Virus record (IMG/VR): IMGVR_UViG_3300035495_000309
DNA length: 64,000 bases
Source: an uncultured virus (IMG/VR IMGVR_UViG_3300035495_000309)
Lineage: Duplodnaviria; Heunggongvirae; Uroviricota; Caudoviricetes
Strand: one strand, 5' to 3'
Shown here: positions 20,103 through 29,988 of the stretch, piece by piece
How positions within the stretch are numbered: the stretch's first letter is position 1
Layout: each line of letters opens with the position of its first letter
Made by a program: the position numbers and the translations under genes
Notes under the pieces: model-generated
Database searches by the model: none
Told to the model about the DNA's origin: nothing
What the model saw: the letters and a program-made list of their open reading frames with translations, nothing else

Positions 20103-21215
20103 GATAACCCGCCTCTTTTCTTCATAATCTGCATTGACCGATGTTTCATAATCATCGCCTGTAACTTCGCTGGCTGAATCGGTAAATCATCATCGGTAAG
20201 ATACTTATTAAAAAACCCTTCTCCATAACCAAATTGATTTAAAAACTTCATGGTTAATTCTTTATCAAAGCATTTGATTTCTTCTTGAATATCAAATCGT
20301 CCATAACGAATCAGCGCTTTATCCAACCTTTCAATATGATTGGTCGTAGCTATATAAATTGTATCATCAGTTGAATAATTCCCATCCAACATCTGGAATA
20401 CCAGATTCTGAGATTCTGTCATACTATTATTTCTTTCAGATGTCGTTACAACAACGCCAGGTTGCATCTCATTTGTTTGATATAATGATTGGACCAACCG
20501 TCTTTTCACGTTCTCTTAAAATTGTAGATAAACCATCTTCTACATCAGTTGATTTGATTATAATGATCGGAGCATTCTGAAACATCGTGCTAATTGCTTT
20601 TACAATCGTACTTTTTCCAGTTCCAGGTTCTCCATATAAAAGAACACCAATCTTATGAATCAAATGGTGTTTCTCATACCAGTCTTTTGAATTCCACCAA
20701 CCATATAATCCAGCTACGAGATTCTTCTTTGTCTCAATCGGAAGCACAATGGAATTCAATGCTCTTGGACTTACTCGGTATATAGAAGTACTTCCATATC
20801 TTCCGCAATTCTTTATTTTAATATCATCATCTGTATTCTCAAGAATTCTCTTTAAAATAACAGAGCGGACTTTCTCTTTATTCTTTCCATAAATAAGCAA
20901 GCATGTCGTTTTATGACTGCTTCCATAATGGTCCTCTAATACAGCACTAACCTCTATCCATGTAAATCTTCCCACACGAATTGTGTAATGTGCACCAGAT
21001 GTCAAATCATAGTAATTCGGATTTACGGTAGGCATTCTATGCTTTTCATACAGCTCTTTATTCATCTTATAAATCACCGCATGAAACTTCTCATATGCTT
21101 CATCAAATTCTGATATTGATATTGTAAGATGAAGCACATCTCTCATATTGTCAATTACTTTGTTAATTTGACTTGTCAGAACATCTGACGTTGACTTTGT
21201 CAATGTGTCTCTCAT
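20099..21215 (-). pseudogene. BCS1-like AAA+ ATPase, frameshifted, Walker B absent
   Basis: 5' ORF has GVLLYGEPGTGKS; 3' ORF has LDG...IATTNHIERLDKALIRYGRFD; frames switch near 20480, where the acidic Walker B should lie. Confidence 0.7.
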
Positions 21216-21311
21216 ATAAAAACTCTCCTTTCCATATTAAAAACTTGTCAAACCTATGATGAAATGCCATTTATTTTCGAAGACTTAATTTTAAAGAAAG
21301 GAAGTGATACT

Positions 21312-21711
21312 ATGGATAATACAAGTACTCCGAAAAATCGGATTATCTGTATTAAAGGACGATATTACGATACTGGTACCAAGAATAAATCCTTCTTGCA
21401 AGTTGCACTGGACTTAAAAACTCTTGGTGTAAAAGAATGGTATTTTATGCTTGAGATCAAAGATCCGTATCTTGTCAATGTAGATCCTTTCAAGACGAAG
21501 AAAGATTCAGATGAACCTGATCTGACAAAAGATCAGATTTCAAGAATCACGATAGAGTGCGTACATAATATCTGGTACTATTTAAGGGAAGTTGTAAGGA
21601 TACCATCTGCTGGTTCTCCAGAAGGCGTTCCTTATATAGCAAACCGTGGAAATATAGCACAAACTTGGTGCTTGTTACACGGACTAGATAGTTGGCTCTG
21701 TTTACCTCGGC
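21312..21711 (+). CDS. terL: Terminase large subunit, exon 1 (join 21312..21711,22033..22479,23646..24988; 729 aa)
   Basis: N.WYYLREVVRIP; splicing restores Walker A LPR-QQGKT. Confidence 0.88.
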
Positions 21712-22032
21712 GAACCTTGTTGCCGCGAAATCCAGCAATGGATTGGAAAAACCTCTTTAACTGCGGGAACGTCTTGTTATGTCTTAACTACCAACCAAGA
21801 GTGGTGACATTCTTGGGGCAAAGGGTAACTCCGGAGATATGGTAATCAAGGTTAAGAATAGAGAAAATCCGCAAGCAAGTATCCTAAGAAATTAAGACGA
21901 AGCTTCAACGACTAGGGAAAGGCAAGTAGAAATACTTGAACCGAGTAGGCTCAATCATAGGGCGAAATGTAGGTGAAATAATCCGAAATGGGAGGCTCCG
22001 AGAAATCGGATGATGATATAGTCTAAGTTATG
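21712..22032 (+). mobile_element. Group I intron terL-I1 (321 nt, ORF-less)
   Basis: P1 cggC/Gccg; P10 accttgtt pairs the 3' exon aacaaggt; P2 aatcca-gcaa-tggatt; core ctgcggga, aatccgca, ttcaacgacta, gatatagtct; terminal G at 22032. Confidence 0.88.
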
Positions 22033-22479
22033 AACAAGGTAAAACAAAGTCAGCACTAGCAGCACAAACATGGGCATATTCATTTGGAACATCTAAGTCA
22101 ACATTCATCTTCATCAATAAAGATGGTGATAATGCAAAGACAAATCTTAGAGATTTCGGTGATATCATATCGTGCTTACCAGTATATTTACGTTACGAAT
22201 CCATTATGGAAGAAGATGGAAAAATTACCAAATCAAAGAAGAGTGCAACACGATATCAGCATCCTGTTACAGGAAATGAAATCGTTGTTCGCGCAAAAGC
22301 TATTTCATATGAAGCAGCACTCGGCATGGGTCGTGGTTTGACTGCACCAATTCTTCATTTTGATGAGGTGGAGTTTACACCATATATCGATGTCATTATT
22401 GAAAACTCTGTATCTACGTTTGAAACTGCATCACGTAAATCAGCGGAGGTCGGAGCAATCTACGGGCGAATACTCACGT
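22033..22479 (+). CDS. terL: Terminase large subunit, exon 2
   Basis: QGKTKSALAA...GRGLTAPILHFDEVEF (Walker B)...GRILT. Confidence 0.9.
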
Positions 22480-23645
22480 TAAATGCGGCGTGATTACAGG
22501 GTGACCTGTAATACAAACCCCTCTAACTGCGGGGACTTTCTAAAAATCTTTAACTACCAACCAAGAGTGGTAACATTCTTGGGGCAAAGGGTAACTCCGG
22601 AGATATGGTAATCAAGGTTAAAGATAGATCGATCCGCAGCTAATCACCCATTTGTGTGAATAATTATCACCACAACTTTTATCTAACGGAGGTGATTATT
22701 CACATGAATAAACTTTTAGAAGAATTTTATAAATTTAAAGAACATGATGATGAAGAATTTAGATTTTTGAAATACCCTGGAATTGTAAAGTATCAATACG
22801 TAATATCTAATTACGGAAAAGTATTCTCTTTTTCAAGAGTAAAAGAATTGAAATTTCATTATGATAAGGATGGATATAAACGAATTGGGATCATTCGACA
22901 TATTGATGGAAAGAGATTAAAATCTCCTGTTGCAGTTCATCGGATGGTCGCAAGTACATTTCTTCCTGAGCATGATGATGAATTGAATGTGGTGAATCAT
23001 ATGGACGGAGATAAAACGAATAATTATTATAAGAATTTAGAGTGGACTACAAGTGGAGAAAATACAAGACATGCATTACGAATGGGACTTCAAGTAAATT
23101 CTGGTGTGAATGCACCAAATGCAGTGTATAATGAAGAAGTAGTTAGATTCATTTGCAAATCCCTTGAATCTGGAATGGACTGTTTTCAAACTTATTGTGC
23201 ATTAACTGGAGAAACAAAGGTTACAAATAACGCTATATATGCATTAGTATTCTCCATAAAATCCGGTAAACGTCATAAAGAAATCAGTTCTGAGTATGAT
23301 ATACCAAATTCTGTTTTATCTCAAACAAAGAAAAGATTCACGAAAGAAGAAGAGGATAAAATAAAAGAAATGATACTTTCAGGTTGTAAAACCACTACTA
23401 TTGTAAAATATTTTGGTGGTAAAACGACAAAAGACAAAATAGGGAAAAGGGTTAGTGATAAAGTGCGAAATCTTCGAAAAGCATTGGGTGTAAGTTCAAC
23501 GACTAGGGAAAGGCAAGCAGAAAGTGCTTGAACCGAGTAGGTCCAATCATAGGACGAAATGTAGGTGAGATAATATCAAGAAACCGAAACGGGGGGCTCT
23601 CTATTTTAGAGATGAAGATATAGTCTAAATAGTTTCATACTATTG
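22480..23645 (+). mobile_element. Group I intron terL-I2 (1166 nt) carrying an HNH endonuclease
   Basis: P1 tcacgT/Gcgtga with U-G wobble; full core motifs; terminal G at 23645; splicing restores ILT-STPGD. Confidence 0.9.
22704..23531 (+). CDS. Intron-encoded HNH homing endonuclease
   Basis: YVISNYGKV, VHRMVASTF, VNHMDGDKTNNYYKNLEW; SD ggaggtg before ATG 22704. Confidence 0.9.
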   Translation: MNKLLEEFYKFKEHDDEEFRFLKYPGIVKYQYVISNYGKVFSFSRVKELKFHYDKDGYKRIGIIRHIDGKRLKSPVAVHRMVASTFLPEHDDELNVVNHMDGDKTNNYYKNLEWTTSGENTRHALRMGLQVNSGVNAPNAVYNEEVVRFICKSLESGMDCFQTYCALTGETKVTNNAIYALVFSIKSGKRHKEISSEYDIPNSVLSQTKKRFTKEEEDKIKEMILSGCKTTTIVKYFGGKTTKDKIGKRVSDKVRNLRKALGVSSTTRERQAESA

Positions 23646-24988
23646 CAACGCCTGGAGACATCGACACTGATGCAGGTGCAAGGGCAGAACAGCTTCTTGC
23701 AAAATGTGCAGTGTGGAACGATTTATTTTATAATAAATCTATAGATGAGTTAAGGGAATTATCTGTTAAAGATAATAAGATGGGAGTATTTTATATGGAA
23801 TACTCTTATCAACAAATTGGATTATCCCTTGAATGGTTTAGAAATATTGCCAATAAAATCAATAATAAATTGGTTGTTCGCCGCGAGATCTTATTACAAA
23901 GACTTCGCGGTTCTTCTAATTCTCCCTATGATCGTGATGATATGGATCGAATCATTGAGCTTGAAAAGAAGCCGATTGAGACGATCATGATCTGTAAATA
24001 CTATCGTCTTAATATCTACGAAAAACTTGTCCGAGGCATCCCTTACATTGTCGGCATTGACTGTTCTACAGGAACCGGTGGTGATAATAATGCGATGTCT
24101 ATCATAAATCCTTATACAACAAAATTAGTTGCGGAATTCGAATGCTCTTATGTTGGTGAGCCTGAATTCATCAGGTGTATTGTAGAGCTTGTAAAGAAGC
24201 ATATACCAAGAGCAATCCTTTGTATCGAGCGTAACTCTGTTGGTGATTCTGTTATTGCATTCCTGATGGAATCTGATATTGCTGGTAGAGTATACTTTGA
24301 TAAGTTTAAAAAACTTGCAGAAGAGAAAATGGATGATTTAAATACAGTAGAATCTGTATTAAAGAAGAAAGCAAAAGAGAAATCTAATTATGGTGTTTAT
24401 ACCGATGTGAGATCTCGTGAAGTCATGTTTAGTATCTTGGCTGATCGTATTAAGACTCATAAAGAGGATTTCGTTGGGCATAATGTCACAAGAGATATTA
24501 CAAAGCTCGTTATGAAAGGAACAAAGATCCAAGCAGCTGTAGGATTCCATGATGACAGTATCATGTCATATCTCATTGGCATGTATGTTTATTATTATGG
24601 AAATAACTTAGAAGTATTTGGATTCTCAAAAGAAGATATATTGTATCAGCAGGAAGAACGAAATACTGGAATGCTTCGACCAGAAGAGATCGATTATTCA
24701 GCATTGCCAGAGTCTGTTATTGATACAGTGCGATTAGAGGTTGAACGACAAAGTAAACCTTCCTATGAAGACATTTACCGAGAAACTCTCATGAGAGAGC
24801 AAGAAAAGACAAGAGCCTTACATAAGAAAGGCTTAATTGATAATGCCGGTTTGGATAATACTCTGGAACCAGATAAAGATGCATTCTTTGATTTTGGTTC
24901 ACAAAACATGGATGCATTTGATGAATTAAATGGATATGATCCAGGGGTTGTATCTGGAAATAACGGAGATGTCTTTGGTGTATTTTGA
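23646..24988 (+). CDS. terL: Terminase large subunit, exon 3 (nuclease domain)
   Basis: YIVGIDCSTG.GGD, LCIERNSVG, HDDSIMS RNase H-fold motifs. Confidence 0.9.
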
Positions 24989-24994
24989 TAAAGT

Positions 24995-25032
24995 AAAGAG
25001 GATGGAAAACAAATTCCATCCTCTTCTTTTTT
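24995..25032. terminator. Terminator between convergent terL and peptidase genes
   Basis: aagaggatggaa...ttccatcctctt followed by a T-run. Confidence 0.7.
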
Positions 25033-25573
25033 ATTTCTTGATTGCGATATAGTCTTTTTCCACTTTCGTATGTGGAAAATCTCCATCTATCCACATTCCT
25101 AAAAACTCATCCAAATTAAGTAGACGTACTTCGTCATAATAAGGATCGTATACTAAGATTCGACTAATCTCTACATCGTTGTGTGATGGATAATATCCAA
25201 GAAGCACAAACCAATGAGAGAAATTATACATCGTTTCTAACATCACATAATATCCCTCTCTACAATGTAGCAGGATATCATCAAAAGAAACCAATGGATC
25301 ATCACAACCGTACATAACACTATAATCCTTTAGCATTTCTGAATTTTTGATGTCTTCTGAAAAGTACGGTTTCTTCTCCAATTGGTATTTCTCTACGAAC
25401 TCTTCTTCACTTGGAATATCTTCTGTAATACCCGTTAATATGGTACGAATACATCCAAGGAAACAAGTCCAATCTTTTTCTTGTGGATAAAATACAGGTG
25501 GAGACTGTGTAACAACTTTATCGTAGTTTACTTTAGCTGGTTTAAACACTTCAAAAAATCCTTCCTTATGCAT
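25031..25573 (-). CDS. C39-like (papain-fold) cysteine peptidase
   Basis: QEKDWTC, SHWFVLLGY, LVYDPY = Q/C/H/D catalytic pattern. Confidence 0.75.
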   Translation of the reverse strand: MHKEGFFEVFKPAKVNYDKVVTQSPPVFYPQEKDWTCFLGCIRTILTGITEDIPSEEEFVEKYQLEKKPYFSEDIKNSEMLKDYSVMYGCDDPLVSFDDILLHCREGYYVMLETMYNFSHWFVLLGYYPSHNDVEISRILVYDPYYDEVRLLNLDEFLGMWIDGDFPHTKVEKDYIAIKK

Positions 25574-25649
25574 AATACTACAAAAACCCTTTCTTGCAAA
25601 TAGGAAAAGGAGAGGACAGAAACCAGATCTATCCTCTCCCATTTACAAC

Positions 25650-26531
25650 TTAATTCATTTCACATCTAGCGTATCTTGTAGCCAGATAATCAACATCCTT
25701 CTGTTTGAAGTTCTCAATACCCAAAGTACTGAGCATATCCCACTTCGTATATTCCTTTACGGACTCGAAGAATGCTTTCTTCTGAACGTGCTCTTCATCA
25801 AGACCACTTTCATTAAAGGCTTCTACCTGCGAGATCATGATACCTGAGAAGAGAGTCGGCTGATAAGGTTTCGGACCTTCGCCTCTACGTAAGAGCTCTG
25901 TTTCAATTGCAGACTCAGTTGTCATTGTCTCATCCTGAGACAGACTATCCTGAAGCTCTTTTAAGTGATCATCTTCCTCTTTGGTTCTTGTAATCTCTTC
26001 CTGAACGGTCTGCTGAACGTGATCGTTGATAATCTGAGAAACCTCATCATATCCCATATCACCATTGATCTTGTCAACGATGCTCTTACGATCTCCCTCG
26101 TCCAACTTAATGTCATCGAACTCAGCCTCTTTGATTCCTTCATAGAAATGACGGAAATGTCCATCAATCTCCCGGTCAACAGACTCTAAGATCTGTTTTG
26201 CCTGGATGGAACCAGATTTTGCTCTTTCTGTAATATAGTTATATGCAGATCCCTTTGGATCTCTCTTCTTAATGAAGGAAATCACACCCTGATCCAGCTC
26301 AGAACTTGCTCCAGCCTTGTAACTATCATCAAGCGGCAAGGCATCGCGATAGATCTTTGCAAAAATGTCCTGGGTGGTCAGCTCTTTAGCTTCACTGCAT
26401 TCCTGAGCAATCTTAACGGCTTTTGTAGCCGGCTTGTTTTTGTGTAATGTATCCATAGCAGCCTGCTTCCGCTCTGCTTCCAGATTGGAAATAAAATCGG
26501 ACACAGACTTTTTGCTATTCTCTAAAGACAT
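25650..26531 (-). CDS. Probable internal head/virion protein
   Basis: 293 aa, helical; repeated ILES/TTES/FNES/FFES; ACA-N6-TAA at 26563-26574. Confidence 0.55.
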   Translation of the reverse strand: MSLENSKKSVSDFISNLEAERKQAAMDTLHKNKPATKAVKIAQECSEAKELTTQDIFAKIYRDALPLDDSYKAGASSELDQGVISFIKKRDPKGSAYNYITERAKSGSIQAKQILESVDREIDGHFRHFYEGIKEAEFDDIKLDEGDRKSIVDKINGDMGYDEVSQIINDHVQQTVQEEITRTKEEDDHLKELQDSLSQDETMTTESAIETELLRRGEGPKPYQPTLFSGIMISQVEAFNESGLDEEHVQKKAFFESVKEYTKWDMLSTLGIENFKQKDVDYLATRYARCEMN

Positions 26532-26582
26532 GCTTGATCATCTCCTTTACTTTAGTTTCTACTTACCTTAATGTTTTCCAGC

Positions 26583-29500
26583 TTATGATTCAGGCTGGAT
26601 AAAGGTAATGTCTATGCTGTTCTTGTTGATTGTAAGGATATCAGGAACGAAGTGTCGTCTTTCTTCCTTTGTCAATTCAGTCAAGCTAATTGCATAGTTT
26701 CGTATGGCCTGGTACGTAGTATCATAATTATTGATCTTACAGAATACCATGTGATTTACATAAGAGAAGTTCTCTTCAATGTAACGAATCAAGTTGGATA
26801 CATAAAGCTCATTCGTTCCATCAGAGTTTATCTCTTCAATGTAATCTTTGATGTAAGCTTTAAGTTCTGTTTCACAAGCGTATTCATCAACACCTGTATC
26901 CAAAGTGATGGTAAGTGTAATACTGATATTATTTGTATCAATAAACTCTTCTGTACGATCATCACCAATCATGAAGTTCGTACTCTTTCCATAGCTATTA
27001 TAGAACTTGGCGTCAATATTCATTCCACCAAGATAGGTCTTTGCTTCCTGAAGAATATTGTAATTCCCAAGGAAAGTATCCATAAAGTACTGGAACTTTC
27101 CGATATCATCTTCAAGAAGTGGATCGGTAATTTTCATACCTGTATCTTTATAAGCCAAGATAGAATATTTAAGGAGTGGCATCTCACTGATGGTACAATC
27201 GAGTGCATCAACTCCATGTGCATAATAATCCTTATAAGAGATTACACTTCGTATCATATCAAGAGGCTTGATAAAGGTTAATGTGTCGTCCTGAGCATTA
27301 TACACGTTCGTCCAAACGTAACCATTGAACGATTCATGATACTCAGCAAAATCGTTGTTTGTAATAGGATCAGCATCATTGGATGGATCCTTGTAAATCA
27401 TTGTGATTTTGATATTCGCACCATCAATTGGAAGCAAGATTGTATCATTCTCACGGATATTGATAATACCTTCCTTGAAAGTCTTTCCGCAAGAATCGCA
27501 ATAGTAATCGAAATCATCAATATTTGCATTTGCAGAATTGTAAATCACATTTCCACAGAATGGGCATATGTGAACAACTCTAAATGTATTTGCTGATGTG
27601 ATGTAATCATCTGTATGGAATTCTGCCTCAAATACGTAGTGATCAGAATTGTCGATATCCTTTGTCGGAATCATCTCCATATAACCACATTCCATATCAT
27701 CGTCGTTGATGAATGTCATGATAACACGAAGTCTGTTCTTCTCAAGAAGCTTCTTGTTGTAATTGGTTAAGCTTGGAGATGCTCCTTCATACAATTCAAA
27801 CTGATCAGCATTCTCAGTATTATAAATCGTTGAGGAGTCGATATAAGGACTTCCCTCTTCTGCTTCAACAGAAGGCATGATTTCCATTCTGAAGTTATAC
27901 TTCTTATCCTTTGAAATATCACGGCTCACATCCAAGTGGTAAGCAATAAACTGTGCAAATGCATCAGAATCATTCTCACGGACAAAGTTTAACTCTGCAT
28001 TTTTTGAGATGAATGTCTGGAAGTAAGAAACAAGTCCAGTTGTTTCTGTAATGGTTGTGATGAACGGATTCGTAAACATGAATGGTCTTGCATCCGGGAA
28101 GTTTTCAAAGTCCACATCAAAGACCATAAGGCGATTGTCAATTCCAAATTCTTTCTTGTAATCCTTGTATGTGTATTCAAAGATATACTCATCGAAAGTT
28201 AAATTCGGTTTCTCTTCTCGCTCTTTATAGGTCTCGTAGAATGCAAGATAATCCTTTCTTGCCTGATCCTCTTTTTCAGTATCTTTCATAAAGTCAAATA
28301 CCTTATCATCAGCATCAATTCCAGAACGTGTAACACTCCCATCTACATAAAGTTTTGCAACATCTTCTGTTGTAATTGGCGGATGATTATCATCATCAGT
28401 ATCTCCATTTGAGAATGTGTAATGATAAAGGTTATCATCAGCGGAGAGCTTCCAATAAGAAGCATCCGAAGCCTTTACAGTACCCATACGGATCTTTACA
28501 GCAAGTCTTGTTTCATCGATGTCTAAATCTGTATTTGGAGTACCATCTTTATCATAATAATGACCTTTCTCATCATAGTATTCTCCTTCCCCATCAATTG
28601 GATAATAGAGAAGTGGAACTAAGAAGATCTCATCCTGTTTATAACTAAACAGATACCCTGGATCCAGATTATAGAAACCTCCATCTTTATGCTCAAACTC
28701 AAGGACATTGGTATCCATAGTGAGCGTATTTGTCGGATAGATATAGTCCCCATTCTGGATATACATAAATGCAGAGAATAAGAGTTCTACTGCATCGTTT
28801 CGCTTCTTTAAGAATAAGACTTTACTCTTATAGCGATAATCATAATTGTTGAAATACAACTGTAAGTCGTTCTCTGTGGTAAGGGCATTTGCTGTAGAGA
28901 ACCCTTCAACTGTAAGCTGCTGTAATCCTTCGATGTCAGTAGCTTCTGCTCCTCCAGTTGCAGCACCAATTGGTTTTGCTACAACCATCCAGCTGTTTTC
29001 ATATTCGTATTTGTCTCCCTTTGATACAGTATAATCATCTCCATCATAGTAATCAAAGTTTCCCTCTGAAGCTAATGTCGTATAGATGATGATCTTAAGC
29101 TCTGAGTTAAACTCTGGCTGGAAATAAGCATCCTTTGTTGTAAAGGATAACTGGAACGTCTCGCTGTCAATTGGTTTAAAATAAACAAACGGACTTTTAT
29201 CCGGGAGAGAATACATAACCTTTGGTGTCAGCTGTGTATTGTAATCACTGTCACCGGGTGCCTTATAAAGCACATCAAAACCAAGAAGTTTCCCAGAATA
29301 GGGAACATCAATGGTTGGATAGTTAAGTGTTGCGTTATCAGTAATTGCTTCATAACGCTCTTCTCTTTCATACTGCCCCATTTCTACAGTAAGGGCGATA
29401 AGACCTGATGCCTGTTTTAACTTTACATAAGGGTCTGTCTTATCTGATACAGAGTTTGTAAAGTCATCCATCAGATACTTAGCGGAATAAATCCAAGCAC

Positions 29501-29969
29501 CTTTGGACTCACGATACATCGCTCTTATTTCAATATCATAATCCAAAGAGAACACTTTGTCTTCTACTTCCACAGAGAAGTCTGCATCAATGTAGAAATA
29601 TTTATAGCTACTTCCCTCTTTGGATACAAAATTCGCACGGATATCTGCTTCCGGAATAACGATAACGAAATTACATTTCGCTGCATCTGCAAAGCTATTC
29701 GTAAGCTGGAATATCGCGGCATTTGAATAGATAGAACTTTCCATCTTTGCACGAGATGGAAAAGCTTCGGCTACCAGAGAAGATCCTGTATTAAAAGCAT
29801 CTTCTGTAATAGTAGATACGTATTCTGCCAACATACCAGTTGTTCCCGCAACAAGATTATCAGAATCCATATCAGGAAAATACTCTGGCATGATGTTATC
29901 AATAACGAGCTCTTTAATCGAAAAATTATCGACATAGTCGCGCTCGATGGTTTCAGCAGTATCAGCCAT
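26583..29969 (-). CDS. Baseplate wedge protein (gp6/J-like), with Zn-ribbon insert
   Basis: N-terminal FPSRAKMESSIY..A, central A.GG.E...IE.L...TTENDL, CPFCG...CDSCG. Confidence 0.7.
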   Translation of the reverse strand: MADTAETIERDYVDNFSIKELVIDNIMPEYFPDMDSDNLVAGTTGMLAEYVSTITEDAFNTGSSLVAEAFPSRAKMESSIYSNAAIFQLTNSFADAAKCNFVIVIPEADIRANFVSKEGSSYKYFYIDADFSVEVEDKVFSLDYDIEIRAMYRESKGAWIYSAKYLMDDFTNSVSDKTDPYVKLKQASGLIALTVEMGQYEREERYEAITDNATLNYPTIDVPYSGKLLGFDVLYKAPGDSDYNTQLTPKVMYSLPDKSPFVYFKPIDSETFQLSFTTKDAYFQPEFNSELKIIIYTTLASEGNFDYYDGDDYTVSKGDKYEYENSWMVVAKPIGAATGGAEATDIEGLQQLTVEGFSTANALTTENDLQLYFNNYDYRYKSKVLFLKKRNDAVELLFSAFMYIQNGDYIYPTNTLTMDTNVLEFEHKDGGFYNLDPGYLFSYKQDEIFLVPLLYYPIDGEGEYYDEKGHYYDKDGTPNTDLDIDETRLAVKIRMGTVKASDASYWKLSADDNLYHYTFSNGDTDDDNHPPITTEDVAKLYVDGSVTRSGIDADDKVFDFMKDTEKEDQARKDYLAFYETYKEREEKPNLTFDEYIFEYTYKDYKKEFGIDNRLMVFDVDFENFPDARPFMFTNPFITTITETTGLVSYFQTFISKNAELNFVRENDSDAFAQFIAYHLDVSRDISKDKKYNFRMEIMPSVEAEEGSPYIDSSTIYNTENADQFELYEGASPSLTNYNKKLLEKNRLRVIMTFINDDDMECGYMEMIPTKDIDNSDHYVFEAEFHTDDYITSANTFRVVHICPFCGNVIYNSANANIDDFDYYCDSCGKTFKEGIINIRENDTILLPIDGANIKITMIYKDPSNDADPITNNDFAEYHESFNGYVWTNVYNAQDDTLTFIKPLDMIRSVISYKDYYAHGVDALDCTISEMPLLKYSILAYKDTGMKITDPLLEDDIGKFQYFMDTFLGNYNILQEAKTYLGGMNIDAKFYNSYGKSTNFMIGDDRTEEFIDTNNISITLTITLDTGVDEYACETELKAYIKDYIEEINSDGTNELYVSNLIRYIEENFSYVNHMVFCKINNYDTTYQAIRNYAISLTELTKEERRHFVPDILTINKNSIDITFIQPES

Positions 29970-29988
29970 ATCTTCTGTCACCTCGTTT

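Noticed and set aside
21712..21845. Identical C-terminal peptide NYQPRVVTFLGQRVTPEIW on ORFs 21264..21845 and 46391..46891
   Set aside because: Read-through of exon 1 into the shared intron sequence, not a protein domain. The same applies to the tail of 5123..6679 and the first 26 aa of 44063..45409.
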